Notes under the pieces: generated by a model | Told to the model about the DNA's origin: nothing | The model's database searches: none | Seen by the model: the letters and a program-made list of their open reading frames with translations, nothing else | Assembly (NCBI GenBank): GCA_964016885.1 | Contig: OZ024740.1 | Location: 23,870,001 to 23,934,000, forward strand | Reading direction: 5' to 3' | Length of the DNA: 64,000 nucleotides | Source of the DNA: Eledone cirrhosa | Lineage: Eukaryota | Position numbers and translations under genes: made by a program | Shown here: positions 16,301-30,220 of the stretch, one piece after another | Layout: each line of letters opens with the position of its first letter | Position numbering within the stretch: the first letter of the stretch is position 1

Positions 16301-19300
16301 ACAACATGGCTGACATATATATCTTGTGTAGCTAGAGAAGGAAGCTGAGTCAACCAACAGACCAACTGGTAGGAACAACAACATGGCTGACATTTATATC
16401 TTGAGTAGCTAGAGAATGAAGCTGAGTCAGCCAACAGACCTACTAGTAGTTACAACAACATGGCTGACATATATAGCTTGTGTAGCTAGACAAGGAAGCT
16501 GAGTCAACCAACAGACCAACTGGTAGTTACAACAACATGGCTGACATATATAGCTTCTGTAGCTAGAGAAGGAAGCTAAGTCAACCAACAGACCAACTGG
16601 TAGTTACAACAACATGGCTGACATGTATAGCTTCTGTAGCTAGAGAAGGAAGCTGAGTCAAGCAACAGACCAACTGGTAGTTACAACAACATGGCTGACA
16701 TATATATCTTGTGTAGCTAGAGAAGGAAGCTCAGTCTACCAACAGACCAATTGGTAGTTACAACAACATGGCTGACATTTATATCTTGTGTAGCTAGATA
16801 ATGAAGCTGAGTCAGCCAACAGACCTACTAGTAGTTAAAACAACATGTCTGACATATATAGCTTGTGTAGCTAGAGAAGGCAGCTGAGTCAACCAACAGA
16901 CCAACTGGTAGTTACAACAACATGGCTGACATATATATCTTGTTTAGCTAGAGAAGGAAGCTGAGTCAGTCACCAGACCAACTAGTAGTTACAACAACAT
17001 GGCTGACATATATATATCATGTGTAGCTAGAGAAGGAATCTGAATCAACCAACAGACCAACTGGTAGTTACAACAATATGGCTGACATATATAGCTTATG
17101 TAGCTAGAGAAGGAAGCTGAGTCAACCAACAGACCAACTGGTAGTTACAACAACATGGCTGACATATATATCTTGTGTAGCTAGAGAAGGAAGCTGAGTC
17201 AACCAACAGACCAACTGGTAGGAACAACAACATGGCTGACATTTATATCTTGAGTAGCTAGAGAATGAAGCTGAGTCAGCCAACAGACCTACTAGTAGTT
17301 ACAACAACATGGCTGACATATATAGCTTGTGTAGCTAGACAAGGAAGCTAAGTCATCCAACAGACCAACTGGTAGTTACAACAACATGGCTGACATATAT
17401 ATCTTGTGTAGTTAGAGAAGGAAGCTGAGTCAGCCAACAGACCTACTAGTAGTTACAACAACATGGCTGACATATATAACTTGTGTAGCTAGAGAAGGAA
17501 GCTGAGTCAACCAACAGACCAACTGGTAGTTACAACAACATGGCTGATATATATAGCTTGTGTAGCTTGAGAAGGAAGCTGAGTCAAACAACCGACCAAC
17601 TGGTAGTTACAACAACATGGCTGACATATATATCTTGTGTAGCTTGTGAAGGAAGCTGATTTAACCAACAGACCTACTGGTAGTTACAACAAAATGGCTG
17701 ACATATATAGCTTGTGTAGCTAGAGAAGGAAGCTGACTCAACCAACAGACCAACTGGTATTTACAACAACATGGTTGACATATATATCTTCTGTAGCTAG
17801 AGAAGGAAGCTGAGTCTACCAACAGACCAATTGGTAGTTACAACAACATGGCTGACATTTATATCTTGTGTAGCTAGAGAAGGAAGCTGAGTCAACCAAC
17901 AGACCAACTGGTAGTTACAACAACATGGCTGACATTTATATCTTGTGTAGCTAGATAATGAAGCTGAGTCAGCCAACAGACCTACTAGTAGTTACAACAA
18001 CATGGCTGACATATATAGCTTGTGTAGCTAGAGAAGGCAGCTGAGTCAACCAACAGACCAACTGGTAGTTACAACAATATGGCTGACATATATATCTTGT
18101 GTAGCTAGAGAAAGAAGCTGAGTCAACCAACAGACCAACTGGTAGTTACAACAACATGGCTGCCATTTATATCTTGTGTAGCTAGAGAATGAAGCTGAGT
18201 CAGCCAACAGACCTACTAGCAGTTACAACAACATGTCAGACATATATAGCTTGTGTAGCTAGAGAAGGTAGCTGAGTCTACCAACAGAACAACTGGTAGT
18301 TACAATAACATGGCTGATATATATAGCTTGTGTAGCTAGAGAAGGAAGCTGAGTCAGTCAACAGACCAACTGGTAGTTACAACAACATGGCTGACATATA
18401 TAGCTTGTGTAGCTAGAGAAGGAAGCTGAGTCAACCAACAGACCAACTGGTGGTTACAACAACATGGCTGACATTTATATCTTGTGTAGCTAGATAATGA
18501 AGCTGAGTCAGCCAACAGACCTACTAGTAGTTACAACAACATGGCTGACATATATAGCTTGTGTAGCTAGAGAAGGCAGCTGAGTCAACCAACAGACCAA
18601 CTGATAGTTAAAACAACATGGCTGACATATATAGCTTCTGTAGGTAGAGAAGGAAGCTGAGTCAAGCAACAGACCAACTGGTAGTTACAACAACATAGCT
18701 GACATAGATAGCTTTTGTAGCTAGAGAAGGAAGCTGAGTCAACCAACAGACCGACTGGTAGTTACAACAATATGGCTGACATATATAGCTTGTGTAGCTA
18801 GAAAAGCAAGATGAGTCAACCAACAGACCTACTGGTAGTTAAAACAACATGGCTGACATATATACCTTGTGTAGCTAGAGAATGAAGCTGAGACAACCAA
18901 CAGACCAACTGGTAGTTACAACAACATGGCTGACATATATAGTTTATGTAGCTAGAGAAGGAAGTTGAGTCAACAACAGACCAACTGGTAGTTACAACAA
19001 CATGGCTGACATATATATCTTGTGTAGCTAGAGAAGGAAGCTGAGTCTACCAACAGACCAATTGGTAGTTACAACAAAATGGCTGACATATATAGATTGT
19101 GTAGCTAGAGAAGGAAGCTGAGTCAGTCACCAGACCAACTAGTAGTTACAACAACATGGCTGACATATATAACATGTGTAGCTAGAGAAGGAAGCTGAAT
19201 CAACCAACAGACCAACTGGTAGTTACAACAACATGGCTGACATATATAGCTTATGTAGCTAGAGAAGGAAGCTGAGTCAACCAACAGACCAACTGGTAGT

Positions 19301-21820
19301 TACATCAACATGGCTGACATATATATCTTGTGTAGCTAGAGAAGGAAGCTGTGTCAACCGACAGACCTACTAGTAATTTCAACAACATGGTTGACATATA
19401 TAGCTTGTGTAGGTAGAGAAGGAAGCTGAGTCTACCAACAGACCAACTGGTAGTAACAACAACATGGCTGAGATTTATATCTTGAGTAGCTAGAGAATGA
19501 AGCTGAGTCAGCCAACAGACCTACTAGTATTTACAACAACATGGCTGACATATATAGCTTGTGTAGCTAGAGAAGGAAGCTGAGTCAACCAACAGACCAA
19601 CTGGTAGTTACAACAACATGGCTGACATATATAGCTTGTGTAGCTAGAGAAGGAAACTGAGTCAGTCAACAGACCAACTGGTAGTTACAACAACATGGCT
19701 GACATATATAGCTTGTGTAGCTAGAGAAGGTAGCTGAGTCAACCAACAGACCAACTGGTAGTTTCAACAACATGGCTGACATTTATAGCTTGTGTAGCTA
19801 GAGAAGGAAACTGCATCAGTCAACAGACCAACTGGTAGTTACAACAACATGGCTGACATATATAGCTTGTGTAGCTAGAGAAGGAAGCTGAGTCAACCAA
19901 CAGACCAACTGGTAGTTACAACAACATGGCTGACATATATAGCTTCTGTAGCTAGAGAAGGAAGCTAATTCAACCAACAGACCTACTGGTAGTTACAACA
20001 ACATGGCTGACATATATAGCTTCTGTAGCTAGAGAAGGAAGCTGAGTCAAGCAACAGACCAACTGGTAGTTACGACAACATGGCTGACATATATAGCTTG
20101 TGTAGCTAGAGAAGGAAGCTGAGTCAACCAACAGACCAACTGGTAGTTACAACAACATGGCTGATATACATAGCTTGTGTAGCTTGAGAAGGAAGCTGAG
20201 TCAAACAACAGACCAACTGGTAGTTACAACAACATGGCTGACATATATATCTTGTGTAGCTAGTGAAGGAAGCTGATTTAACCAACAGACCTACTGGTAG
20301 TTACAACAAAATGGCTGACATATATAGCTTGTGTAGCTAGAGAAGGAAGCTGACTCAACCAACAGACCAACTGGTATTTACAACAACATGGCTGACATAT
20401 ATAGCTTCTGTAGCTAGAGAAGGAAGCTGAGTCTACCAACAGACCAATTGGTAGTTACAACAACATGGCTGACATATATCTTGTGTAGCTAGAGAAAGAA
20501 GCTGAGTCAGCCAACAGACCAACTGGTATTTACAACAACATGGCTGACATATATAGCTTGTGTAGCTAGAGAAGGCAGATGAGTCAACCAACAGAACAAC
20601 TGGTAGTTACAACAACATGGCTGACATATATAGCTTGTGTAGCTAGAGAAGGAAGCTGAGTCAACCAACAGACCAACTGGTAGTTACAACAACATGGCTG
20701 ACATATATAGCTTGTGTAGCTAGAGAAGGAACCTGAGTCAACCAACAGACCAACTGGTAGTTACAACAACATGGCTGACATTTATATCTTGTGTAGCTAG
20801 ATAATGAAGCTGAGTCAGCCAACGGACCTACTAGTAGTTACAACAACATGGCTGACATATATAGCTTGTGTAGCTAGAGAAGGCAGCTGAGTCAACCAAC
20901 AGACCAACTGGTAGTTACAACAACATGGCTGACATATATAGCTTGTGTAGCTAGAGAAGGAAGCTGAGTCAACCAACAGACCAACTGGTAGTTACAACAA
21001 CATGGCTGACATATATAGTTTCTGTAGCTAGAGAAGGAAGCTAAGTCAACCAACAGACCTACTGGTAGTTACAACAACATGGCTGACATATATAGCTTCT
21101 GTAGCTAGAGAAGGAAGCCGAGTCAAGCAACAGACCAAATGGTAGTTACAACAACATGGCTGACATATATAGCTTGTGTAGCTAGAGAAGGAAGCTGAGT
21201 CAACCAACAGCCAACTGGTAGTTACAACAACATGGCTGACATATATAGCTTGTGTAGCTAGAGAAGGAAGCTGAGTCAACCAACAGACCAACTGGTAGTT
21301 ACAACAACATGGCTGACATATATAGCTTCTGTAGCTAGAGAAGGAAGTTGAGTCAACCAACAGACCAACTGGTAGATACAACAACATGGCTGACATTTAT
21401 AGCTTGTGTAGCTTGAGAAGGAAGCTGAGTCTACCAACAGACCAATTGGTAGTTACAACAACATGGCTGATATTTATATCTTGTGTAGCTAGATAAGGAA
21501 GCTGAGTCAACCAACAGACCAACTAGTAGTTACAACAACATGGCTGACATATATAGCTTGTGTAGCTAGAGAAGGCAGCTGAGTCAACCAACAGAACAAC
21601 TGGTAGTTACAACAACATGGCTGATATATATAGCTTGTGTAGCTAGAGAAGGCAGCTGAGTCAACCAACAGAACAACTAGTAGTTACAACAACATGACTG
21701 ACATATATAGCTTGTGTAGCTAGAGAAGGAAGCTGAGTCAGTCAACAGACCAACTGGTAGTTACAACAACATGGCTGACATAGATAGCTTTTGTAGCTAG
21801 AGAAGGAAGCTGAGTCAACC

Positions 21821-24800
21821 AACAGACCGACTGGTAGTTACGACAACATGGCTGACATATATAGCTTGTGTAGCTAGAAAAGCAAGATGTGTCAACCAAC
21901 AGACCAACTGGTAGATACAACAACATGGCTGACATTTATAGCTTGTGTAGCTTGAGAAGGAAGCTGAGTCTACCAACAGACCAATTGGTAGTTACAACAA
22001 CATGGCTGACATTTATATCTTGTGTAGCTAGATAAGGAAGCTGAGTCAACCAACAGACCAACTAGTAGTTACAACAACATGGCTGACATATATAGCTTGT
22101 GTAGCTAGAGAAGGAAGCTGAGTCAACCAACAGACCGACTGGTAGTTACAACAACATGGCTGACATATATAGCTTGTGTAGCTAGAAAAGCAAGATGAGT
22201 CAACCAACAGACCTACTGGTAGTTAAAACAACATGGCTGACATATATACCTTGTGTAGCTAGAGAATGAAGCTGAGACAACCAACAGACCAATTGGTAGT
22301 TACAACAACATGGCTGACATATATAGTTTATGTAGCTAGAGAAGGAAGTTGAGTCAACAACAGACCAACTGGTAGTTACAACAACATGGCTGACATATAT
22401 ATCTTGTGTAGCTAGAGAAGGAAGCTGAGTCTACCAACAGACCAATTGGTAGTTACAACAAAATGGCTGACATATATAGATTGTGTAGCTAGAGAAGGAA
22501 GCTGAGTCAGTCAACAGACCAGCTGGTAGTTACAACAACATGGCTGACATATATAGCTTGTGTAGCTACAGAAGGAAGCTGAGTCAACCAACAGACCAAC
22601 TGGAAGTTACAACAACATGGCTGACATATATATATTATGTAGCTAGAGAAGGAAGCTGAATCAACCAACAGACCAACTGGTAGTTACAACAACATGGCTG
22701 ACATATATAGCTTATGTAGCTAGAGAAGGAAGCTGAGTCAACCAACAGACCAACTGGTAGTTACATCAACATGGCTGACATATATATCTTGTGTAGCTAG
22801 AGAAGGAAGCTGTGTCAACCGACAGACCTACTAGTAATTTCAACAACATGGTTGACATATATAGCTTGTGTAGGTAGAGAAGGAAGCTGAGTCTACCAAC
22901 AGACCAACTGGTAGTAACAACAACATGGCTGAGATTTATATCTTGAGTAGCTAGAGAATGAAGCTGAGTCAGCCAACAGACCTACTAGTAGTTACAACAA
23001 CATGGCTGACATATATAGCTTGTGTAGCTAGAGAAGGAAGCTGAGTCAACCAACAGACCAACTGGTAGTTACAACAACATGGCTGACATATATAGCTTGT
23101 GTAGCTAGAGAAGGAAACTGAGTCAGTCAACAGACCAACTGGTAGTTACAACAACATGGCTGACATATATAGCTTGTGTAGCTAGAGAAGGTAGCTGAGT
23201 CAACCAACAGACCAACTGGTAGTTTCAACAACATGGCTGACATTTATAGCTTGTGTAGCTAGAGAAGGAAACTGCATCAGTCAACAGACCAACTGGTAGT
23301 TACAACAACATGGCTGACATATATAGCTTGTGTAGCTAGAGAAGGAAGCTGAGTCAACCAACAGACCAACTGGTAGTTACAACAACATGGCTGACATATA
23401 TAGCTTCTGTAGCTAGAGAAGGAAGCTGAGTCAAGCAACAGACCAACTGGTAGTTACGACAACATGGCTGACATATATAGCTTGTTTAGCTAGAGAAGGA
23501 AGCTGAGTCAACCAACAGACCAACTGGTAGTTACAACAACATGGCTGATATATATAGCTTGTGTAGCTTGAGAAGGAAGCTGAGTCAAACAACAGACCAA
23601 CTGGTAGTTACAACAACATGGCTGACATATATATCTTGTGTAGCTAGTGAAGGAAGCTGATTTAACCAACATACCTACTGGTAGTTACAACAAAATGGCT
23701 GACATATATAGCTTGTGTAGCGAGAGAAGGAAGCTGACTCAACCAACAGACCAACTGGTATTTACAACAACATGGCTGACATATATAGCTTCTGTAGCTA
23801 GAGAAGGAAGCTGAGTCTACCAACAGACCAATTGGTAGTTACAACAACATGGCTGACATATATCTTGTGTAGCTAGAGAAAGAAGCTGAGTCAGCCAACA
23901 GACCAACTGGTATTTACAACAACATGGCTGACATATATAGCTTGTGTAGCTAGAGAAGGCAGATGAGTCAACCAACAGACCGACTGGTAGTTACAACAAC
24001 ATGGCTGACATATATAGCTTGTGTAGCTAGAAAAGCAAGATGTGTCAACCAACAGACCAACTGGTAGATACAACAACATGGCTGACATTTATAGCTTGTG
24101 TAGCTTGAGAAGGAAGCTGAGTCTACCAACAGACCAATTGGTAGTTACAACAACATGGCTGACATTTATATCTTGTGTAGCTAGATAAGGAAGCTGAGTC
24201 AACCAACAGACCAACTAGTAGTTACAACAACATGGCTGACATATATAGCTTGTGTAGCTAGAGAAGGAAGCTGAGTCAACCAACAGACCGACTGGTAGTT
24301 ACAACAACATGGCTGACATATATAGCTTGTGTAGCTAGAAAAGCAAGATGAGTCAACCAACAGACCTACTGGTAGTTAAAACAAAATGGCTGACATATAT
24401 ACCTTGTGTAGCTAGAGAATGAAGCTGAGACAACCAACAGACCAATTGGTAGTTACAACAACATGGCTGACATATATAGTTTATGTAGCTAGAGAAGGAA
24501 GTTGAGTCAACAACAGACCAACTGGTAGTTACAACAACATGGCTGACATATATATCTTGTGTAGCTAGAGAAGGAAGCTGAGTCTACCAACAGACCAATT
24601 GGTAGTTACAACAAAATGGCTGACATATATAGATTGTGTAGCTAGAGAAGGAAGCTGAGTCAGTCAACAGACCAGCTGGTAGTTACAACAACATGGCTGA
24701 CATTTATAGCTTGTGTAGCTAGAGAAGGAAGCTGAGTCAACCAACAGACCAACTGGTAGTTACAACAACATGGCTGACATATATATATTGTGTAGCTAGA

Positions 24801-25015
24801 GAAGGAAGCTGAATCAACCAACAGACCAACTGGTAGTTACAACAACATGGCTGACATATATAGCTTATGTAGCTAGAGAAGGAAGCTGAGTCAACCAACA
24901 GACCAACTGGTAGTTACATCAACATGGCTGACATATATATCTTGTGTAGCTAGAGAAGGAAGCTGTGTCAACCGACAGACCTACTAGTAATTTCAACAGC
25001 ATGGTTGACATATAT
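21821..25015. repeat. Higher-order duplication, 2153-bp offset (28 monomers)
   Basis: The marker AACAGACCGACTGG occurs at 21821 and 23974, followed by the same variant series (GAAAAGCAAGATG, GAGACAACC, TAATTTCAAC). Confidence 0.85.
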
Positions 25016-26399
25016 AGCTTGTGTAGCTAGAGAAGGAAGCTGAGTCAACCAACAGACCTACTGGTAGTTACAACAACATGGCTGACATATATACCTTGTG
25101 TAGCTAGAGAATGAAGCTGAGTCAACCAACAGACCAACTGGTAGTTGCAACAACATGGCTGACATATATAGTTTATGTAGCTAGAGAAGGAAGTTGAGTC
25201 AACCAACAGACCAACTGGTAGTTTCAACAACATGGCTGACATATATAGCTTGTGTAGCTAGAGAAGGAAACTGAATCAGTCAACAGACCAACTGGTAGTT
25301 ACAACAACATGGCTGACATATATAGCTTGTGTAGCTAGAGAAGGAAGCTGAGTCAACCAACAGACCAACTGGTAGTTACAACAACATGGCTGATATATAT
25401 AGCTTGTGTAGCTTGAGAAGGAAGCTGAGTCAAACAACAGACCAACTGGTAGTTACAACAACATGGCTGACATATATATCTTGTGTAGCTAGTGAAGGAA
25501 GCTGATTTAACCAACAGACCTACTGGTAGTTACAACAAAATGGCTGACATATATAGCTTGTGTAGCTAGAGAAGGAAGCTGACTCAACCAGCAGACCAAC
25601 TGGTATTTACAACAACATGGCTGACATATATAGCTTCTGTAGCTAGAGAAGGAAGCTGAGTCTACCAACAGACCAATTGGTAGTTACAACAACATGGCTG
25701 ACATATATATCTTGTGTAGCTAGAGAAAGAAGCTGAGTCAGCCAACAGACCAACTGGTATTTACAACAACATGGCTGACATATATAGCTTGTGTAGCTAG
25801 AGAAGGCAGCTGAGTCAGCCAACGGACCTACTAGTAGTTACAACAACATGGCTGACATATATAGCTTGTGTAGCTAGAGAAGGCAGCTGAGTCAACCAAC
25901 AGACCAACTGGTAGTTACAACAACATGACTGAAATATATAGCTTGTGTAGCTAGAGAAGGAAGCTGAGTCAACCAACAGACCAACTGGTAGTTACAACAA
26001 CATGGCTGACATATATAGTTTCTGTAGCTAGAGAAGGAAGCTAAGTCAACCAACAGACCTACTGGTAGTTACAACAACATGGCTGACATATATAGCTTCT
26101 GTAGCTAGAGAAGGAAGCTGAGTCAAGCAACAGACCAACTGGTAGTTACAACAACATGACTGACATATATAGCTTGTGTAGCTAGAGAAGGAAGCTGAGT
26201 CAACCAACAGACCAACTGGTAGTTACAACAACATGGCTGACATATATAGCTTGTGTAGCTAGAGAAGGAAGCTGAGTAAACCAACAGACCAACTGGTAGT
26301 TACAACAACATGGCTGACATATATAGCTTCTGTAGCTAGAGAAGGAAGCTGAGTCAACCAACAGACCAACTGGTAGTTGCAACAACATGGCTGACATAT

Positions 26400-29300
26400 A
26401 TAGCTTGTGTAGCTAGAGAAGGAAGCTGAGTCAACCAACAGACCAACTGGTAGTTACAACAACATGGCTGACATATATAGCTTCTGTAGCTAGAGAAGGA
26501 AGTTGAGTCAACCAACAGACCAACTGGTAGATACAACAACATGGCTGACATTTATAGCTTGTGTAGCTTGAGAAGGAAGCTGAGTCTACCAACAGACCAA
26601 CTGGTAGTTACAACAACATGGCTGACATATATAGCTTGTGTAGCTAGAGAAGGCAGCTGAGTCAACCAACAGAACAACTACTAGTTACAACAACATGACT
26701 GACATATATAGCTTGTGTAGCTAGAGAAGGAAGCTGAGTCAGTCAACAGACCAACTGGTAGTTACAACAACATGGCTGACATATATAGCTTGTGTAGCTA
26801 GAGAAGGAAGCTGAGTCAACCAACAAACCTACTGGTAGTTACAACAACATGGCTGACATATATACCTTGTGTAGCTAGAGAATGAAGCTGAGTCAACCAA
26901 CAGACCAACTGGTAGTTGCAACAACATGGCTGACATATATAGTTTATGTAGCTAGAGAAGGAAGCTGAGTAAGTCACCAGAACAACTAGTAGTTACAACA
27001 ACATGGCTGACATATATATATCATGTGTAGCTAGAGAAGGAAGCTGAATCAACCAACAGACCAACTGGTAGTTACAACAATATGGCTGACATATATAGCT
27101 TATGTAGCTAGAGAAGGAAGCTGAGTCAACCAACAGACCAACTGGTAGTTACAACAACATGGCTGACATATATATCTTGTGTAGCTAGAGAAGGAAGCTG
27201 AGTCAACCAACAGACCAACTGGTAGTAACAACAACATGGCTGACATTTATATCTTGAGTAGCTAAAGAATGAAGCTGAGTCAGCCAACAGACCTACTAGT
27301 AGTTACAACAACATGGCTGACATATATAGCTTATGTAGCTAGAGAAGGAAGCTGAGTCAAACAACAGACCAACTGGTAGTTACAACAACATAGCTGACAT
27401 ATATAGCTTGTGTAGCTAGAGAAGGAAGCTGAGTCAGTCAACAGACCAACTGGTAGTTACAACAACATGGCTGACATATATAGCTTGTGTAGCTAGAGAA
27501 GGAAGCTGAGTCAGCCAACGGACCTACTAGTAGTTACAACAACATGGCTGACATATATAGCTTGTGTAGCTTGAGAAGGAAGCTGAGTCAAACAACAGAC
27601 CAACTGGTAGTTACAACAACATGGCTGACATATATATCTTGTGTAACTAATGAAGGAAGCTGATTTAACCAACAGACCTTCTGGTAGTTACAACAAAATG
27701 GCTGACATATATAGCTTGTGTAGCTAGAGAAGGAAGCTGACTCAACCAACAGACCAACTAGTATTTACAACAACATGGCTGACATATATAGCTTCTGTAG
27801 CTAGAGAAGGAAGCCGAGTCTACCAACAGACCAATTGGTAGTTACAACAACATGGCTGACATATATATCTTGTGTAGCTAGAGAAAGAAGCTGAGTCAGC
27901 CAACAGACCAACTGGTATTTACAACAACATGGCTGACATATATAGCTTGTGTAGCTAGAGAAGGCAGCTGAGTCAACCAACAGAACAACTGGTAGTTACA
28001 ACAACATGGCTGATATATATAGCTTGTGTAGCTAGAGAAGGAAGCTGAGTCAGTCAACAGACCAACTGGTAGTTACAACAACATGGCTGACATATATAGC
28101 TTGTGTAGCTAGAGAAGGAAGCTGAGTCAAGCAACAGACCAACTGGTAGTTACAACAACATGGTTGACATATATAGCTTGTGTAGCTAGAGAAGGAAGCT
28201 GAGTCAACCAACAGACCAACTGGTATTTACAACAACATGGCTGACATTTATATCTTGTGTAGTTAGATAATGAAGCTGAGTCAGCCAACGGACCTACTAG
28301 TAGTTACAACAACATGGCTGACATATATAGCTTGTGTAGCTAGAGAAGGCAGCTGAGTCAACCAACAGACCAACTGGTAGTTACAACAACATGGCTGACA
28401 TATATAGCTTGTGTAGCTAGAGAAGGAAGCTGAGTCAACCAACAGACCAACTGGTAGTTACAACAACATGGCTGACATATATAGCTTCTGTAGCTAGAGA
28501 AGGAAGTTGAGTCAACCAACAGACCAACTGGTAGATACAACAACATGGCTGACATTTATAGCTTGTGTAGCTTGAGAAGGAAGCTGAGTCTACCAACAGA
28601 CCAACTGGTAGTTACAACAACATGGCTGACATATATAGCTTGTGTAGCTAGAGAAGGCAGCTGAGTCAACCAACAGAACAACTACTAGTTACAACAACAT
28701 GACTGACATATATAGCTTGTGTAGCTAGAGAAGGAAGCTGAGTCAGTCAACAGACCAACTGGTAGTTACAACAACATGGCTGACATATATAGCTTGTGTA
28801 GCTAGAGAAGGAAGCTGAGTCAACCAACAAACCTACTGGTAGTTACAACAACATGGCTGACATATATACCTTGTGTAGCTAGAGAATGAAGCTGAGTCAA
28901 CCAACAGACCAACTGGTAGTTGCAACAACATGGCTGACATATATAGTTTATGTAGCTAGAGAAGGAAGCGGAGTCAGTCACCAGAACAACTAGTAGTTAC
29001 AACAACATGGCTGACATATATATATCATGTGTAGCTAGAGAAGGAAGCTGAATCAACCAACAGACCAACTGGTAGTTACAACAATATGGCTGACATATAT
29101 AGCTTATGTAGCTAGAGAAGGAAGCTGAGTCAACCAACAGACCAACTGGTAGTTACAACAACATGGCTGACATATATATCTTGTGTAGCTAGAGAAGGAA
29201 GCTGAGTCAACCAACAGACCAACTGGTAGTAACAACAACATGGCTGACATTTATATCTTGAGTAGCTAGAGAATGAAGCTGAGTCAGCCAACAGACCTAC

Positions 29301-30220
29301 TAGTAGTTACAACAACATGGCTGACATATATAGCTTATGTAGCTAGAGAAGGAAGCTGAGTCAAACAACAGACCAACTGGTAGTTACAACAACATAGCTG
29401 ACATATATAGCTTGTGTAGCTAGAGAAGGAAGCTGAGTCAGTCAACAGACCAACTGGTAGTTACAACAACATGGCTGACATATATAGCTTGTGTAGCTAG
29501 AGAAGGAAGCTGAGTCAGCCAACGGACCTACTAGTAGTTACAACAACATGGCTGACATATATAGCTTGTGTAGCTTGAGAAGGAAGCTGAGTCAAACAAC
29601 AGACCAACTGGTAGTTACAACAACATGGCTGACATATATATCTTGTGTAGCTAATGAAGGAAGCTGATTTAACCAACAGACCTTCTGGTAGTTACAAAAA
29701 AATGGCTGACATATATAGCTTGTGTAGCTAGAGAAGGAAGCTGACTCAACCAACAGACCAACTAGTATTTACAACAACATGGCTGACATATATAGCTTCT
29801 GTAGCTAGAGAAGGAAGCCGAGTCTACCAACAGACCAATTGGTAGTTACAACAACATGGCTGACATATATATCTTGTGTAGCTAGAGAAAGAAGCTGAGT
29901 CAGCCAACAGACCAACTGGTATTTACAACAACATGGCTGACATATATAGCTTGTGTAGCTAGAGAAGGCAGCTGAGTCAACCAACAGAACAACTGGTAGT
30001 TACAACAACATGGCTGATATATATAGCTTGTGTAGCTAGAGAAGGAAGCTGAGTCAGTCAACAGACCAACTGGTAGTTACAACAACATGGCTGACATATA
30101 TAGCTTGTGTAGCTAGAGAAGGAAGCTGAGTCAAGCAACAGACCAACTGGTAGTTACAACAACATGGTTGACATATATAGCTTGTGTAGCTAGAGAAGGA
30201 AGCTGAGTCAACCAACAGAC
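26400..30220. repeat. Higher-order repeat, 2004 bp (26 monomers), about 2 copies
   Basis: The marker AGAACAACTACTAG occurs at 26671 and 28675, and TGGTTGAC at 28161 and 30165. The ORFs at 26354 and 28358 are offset by 2004. Confidence 0.9.
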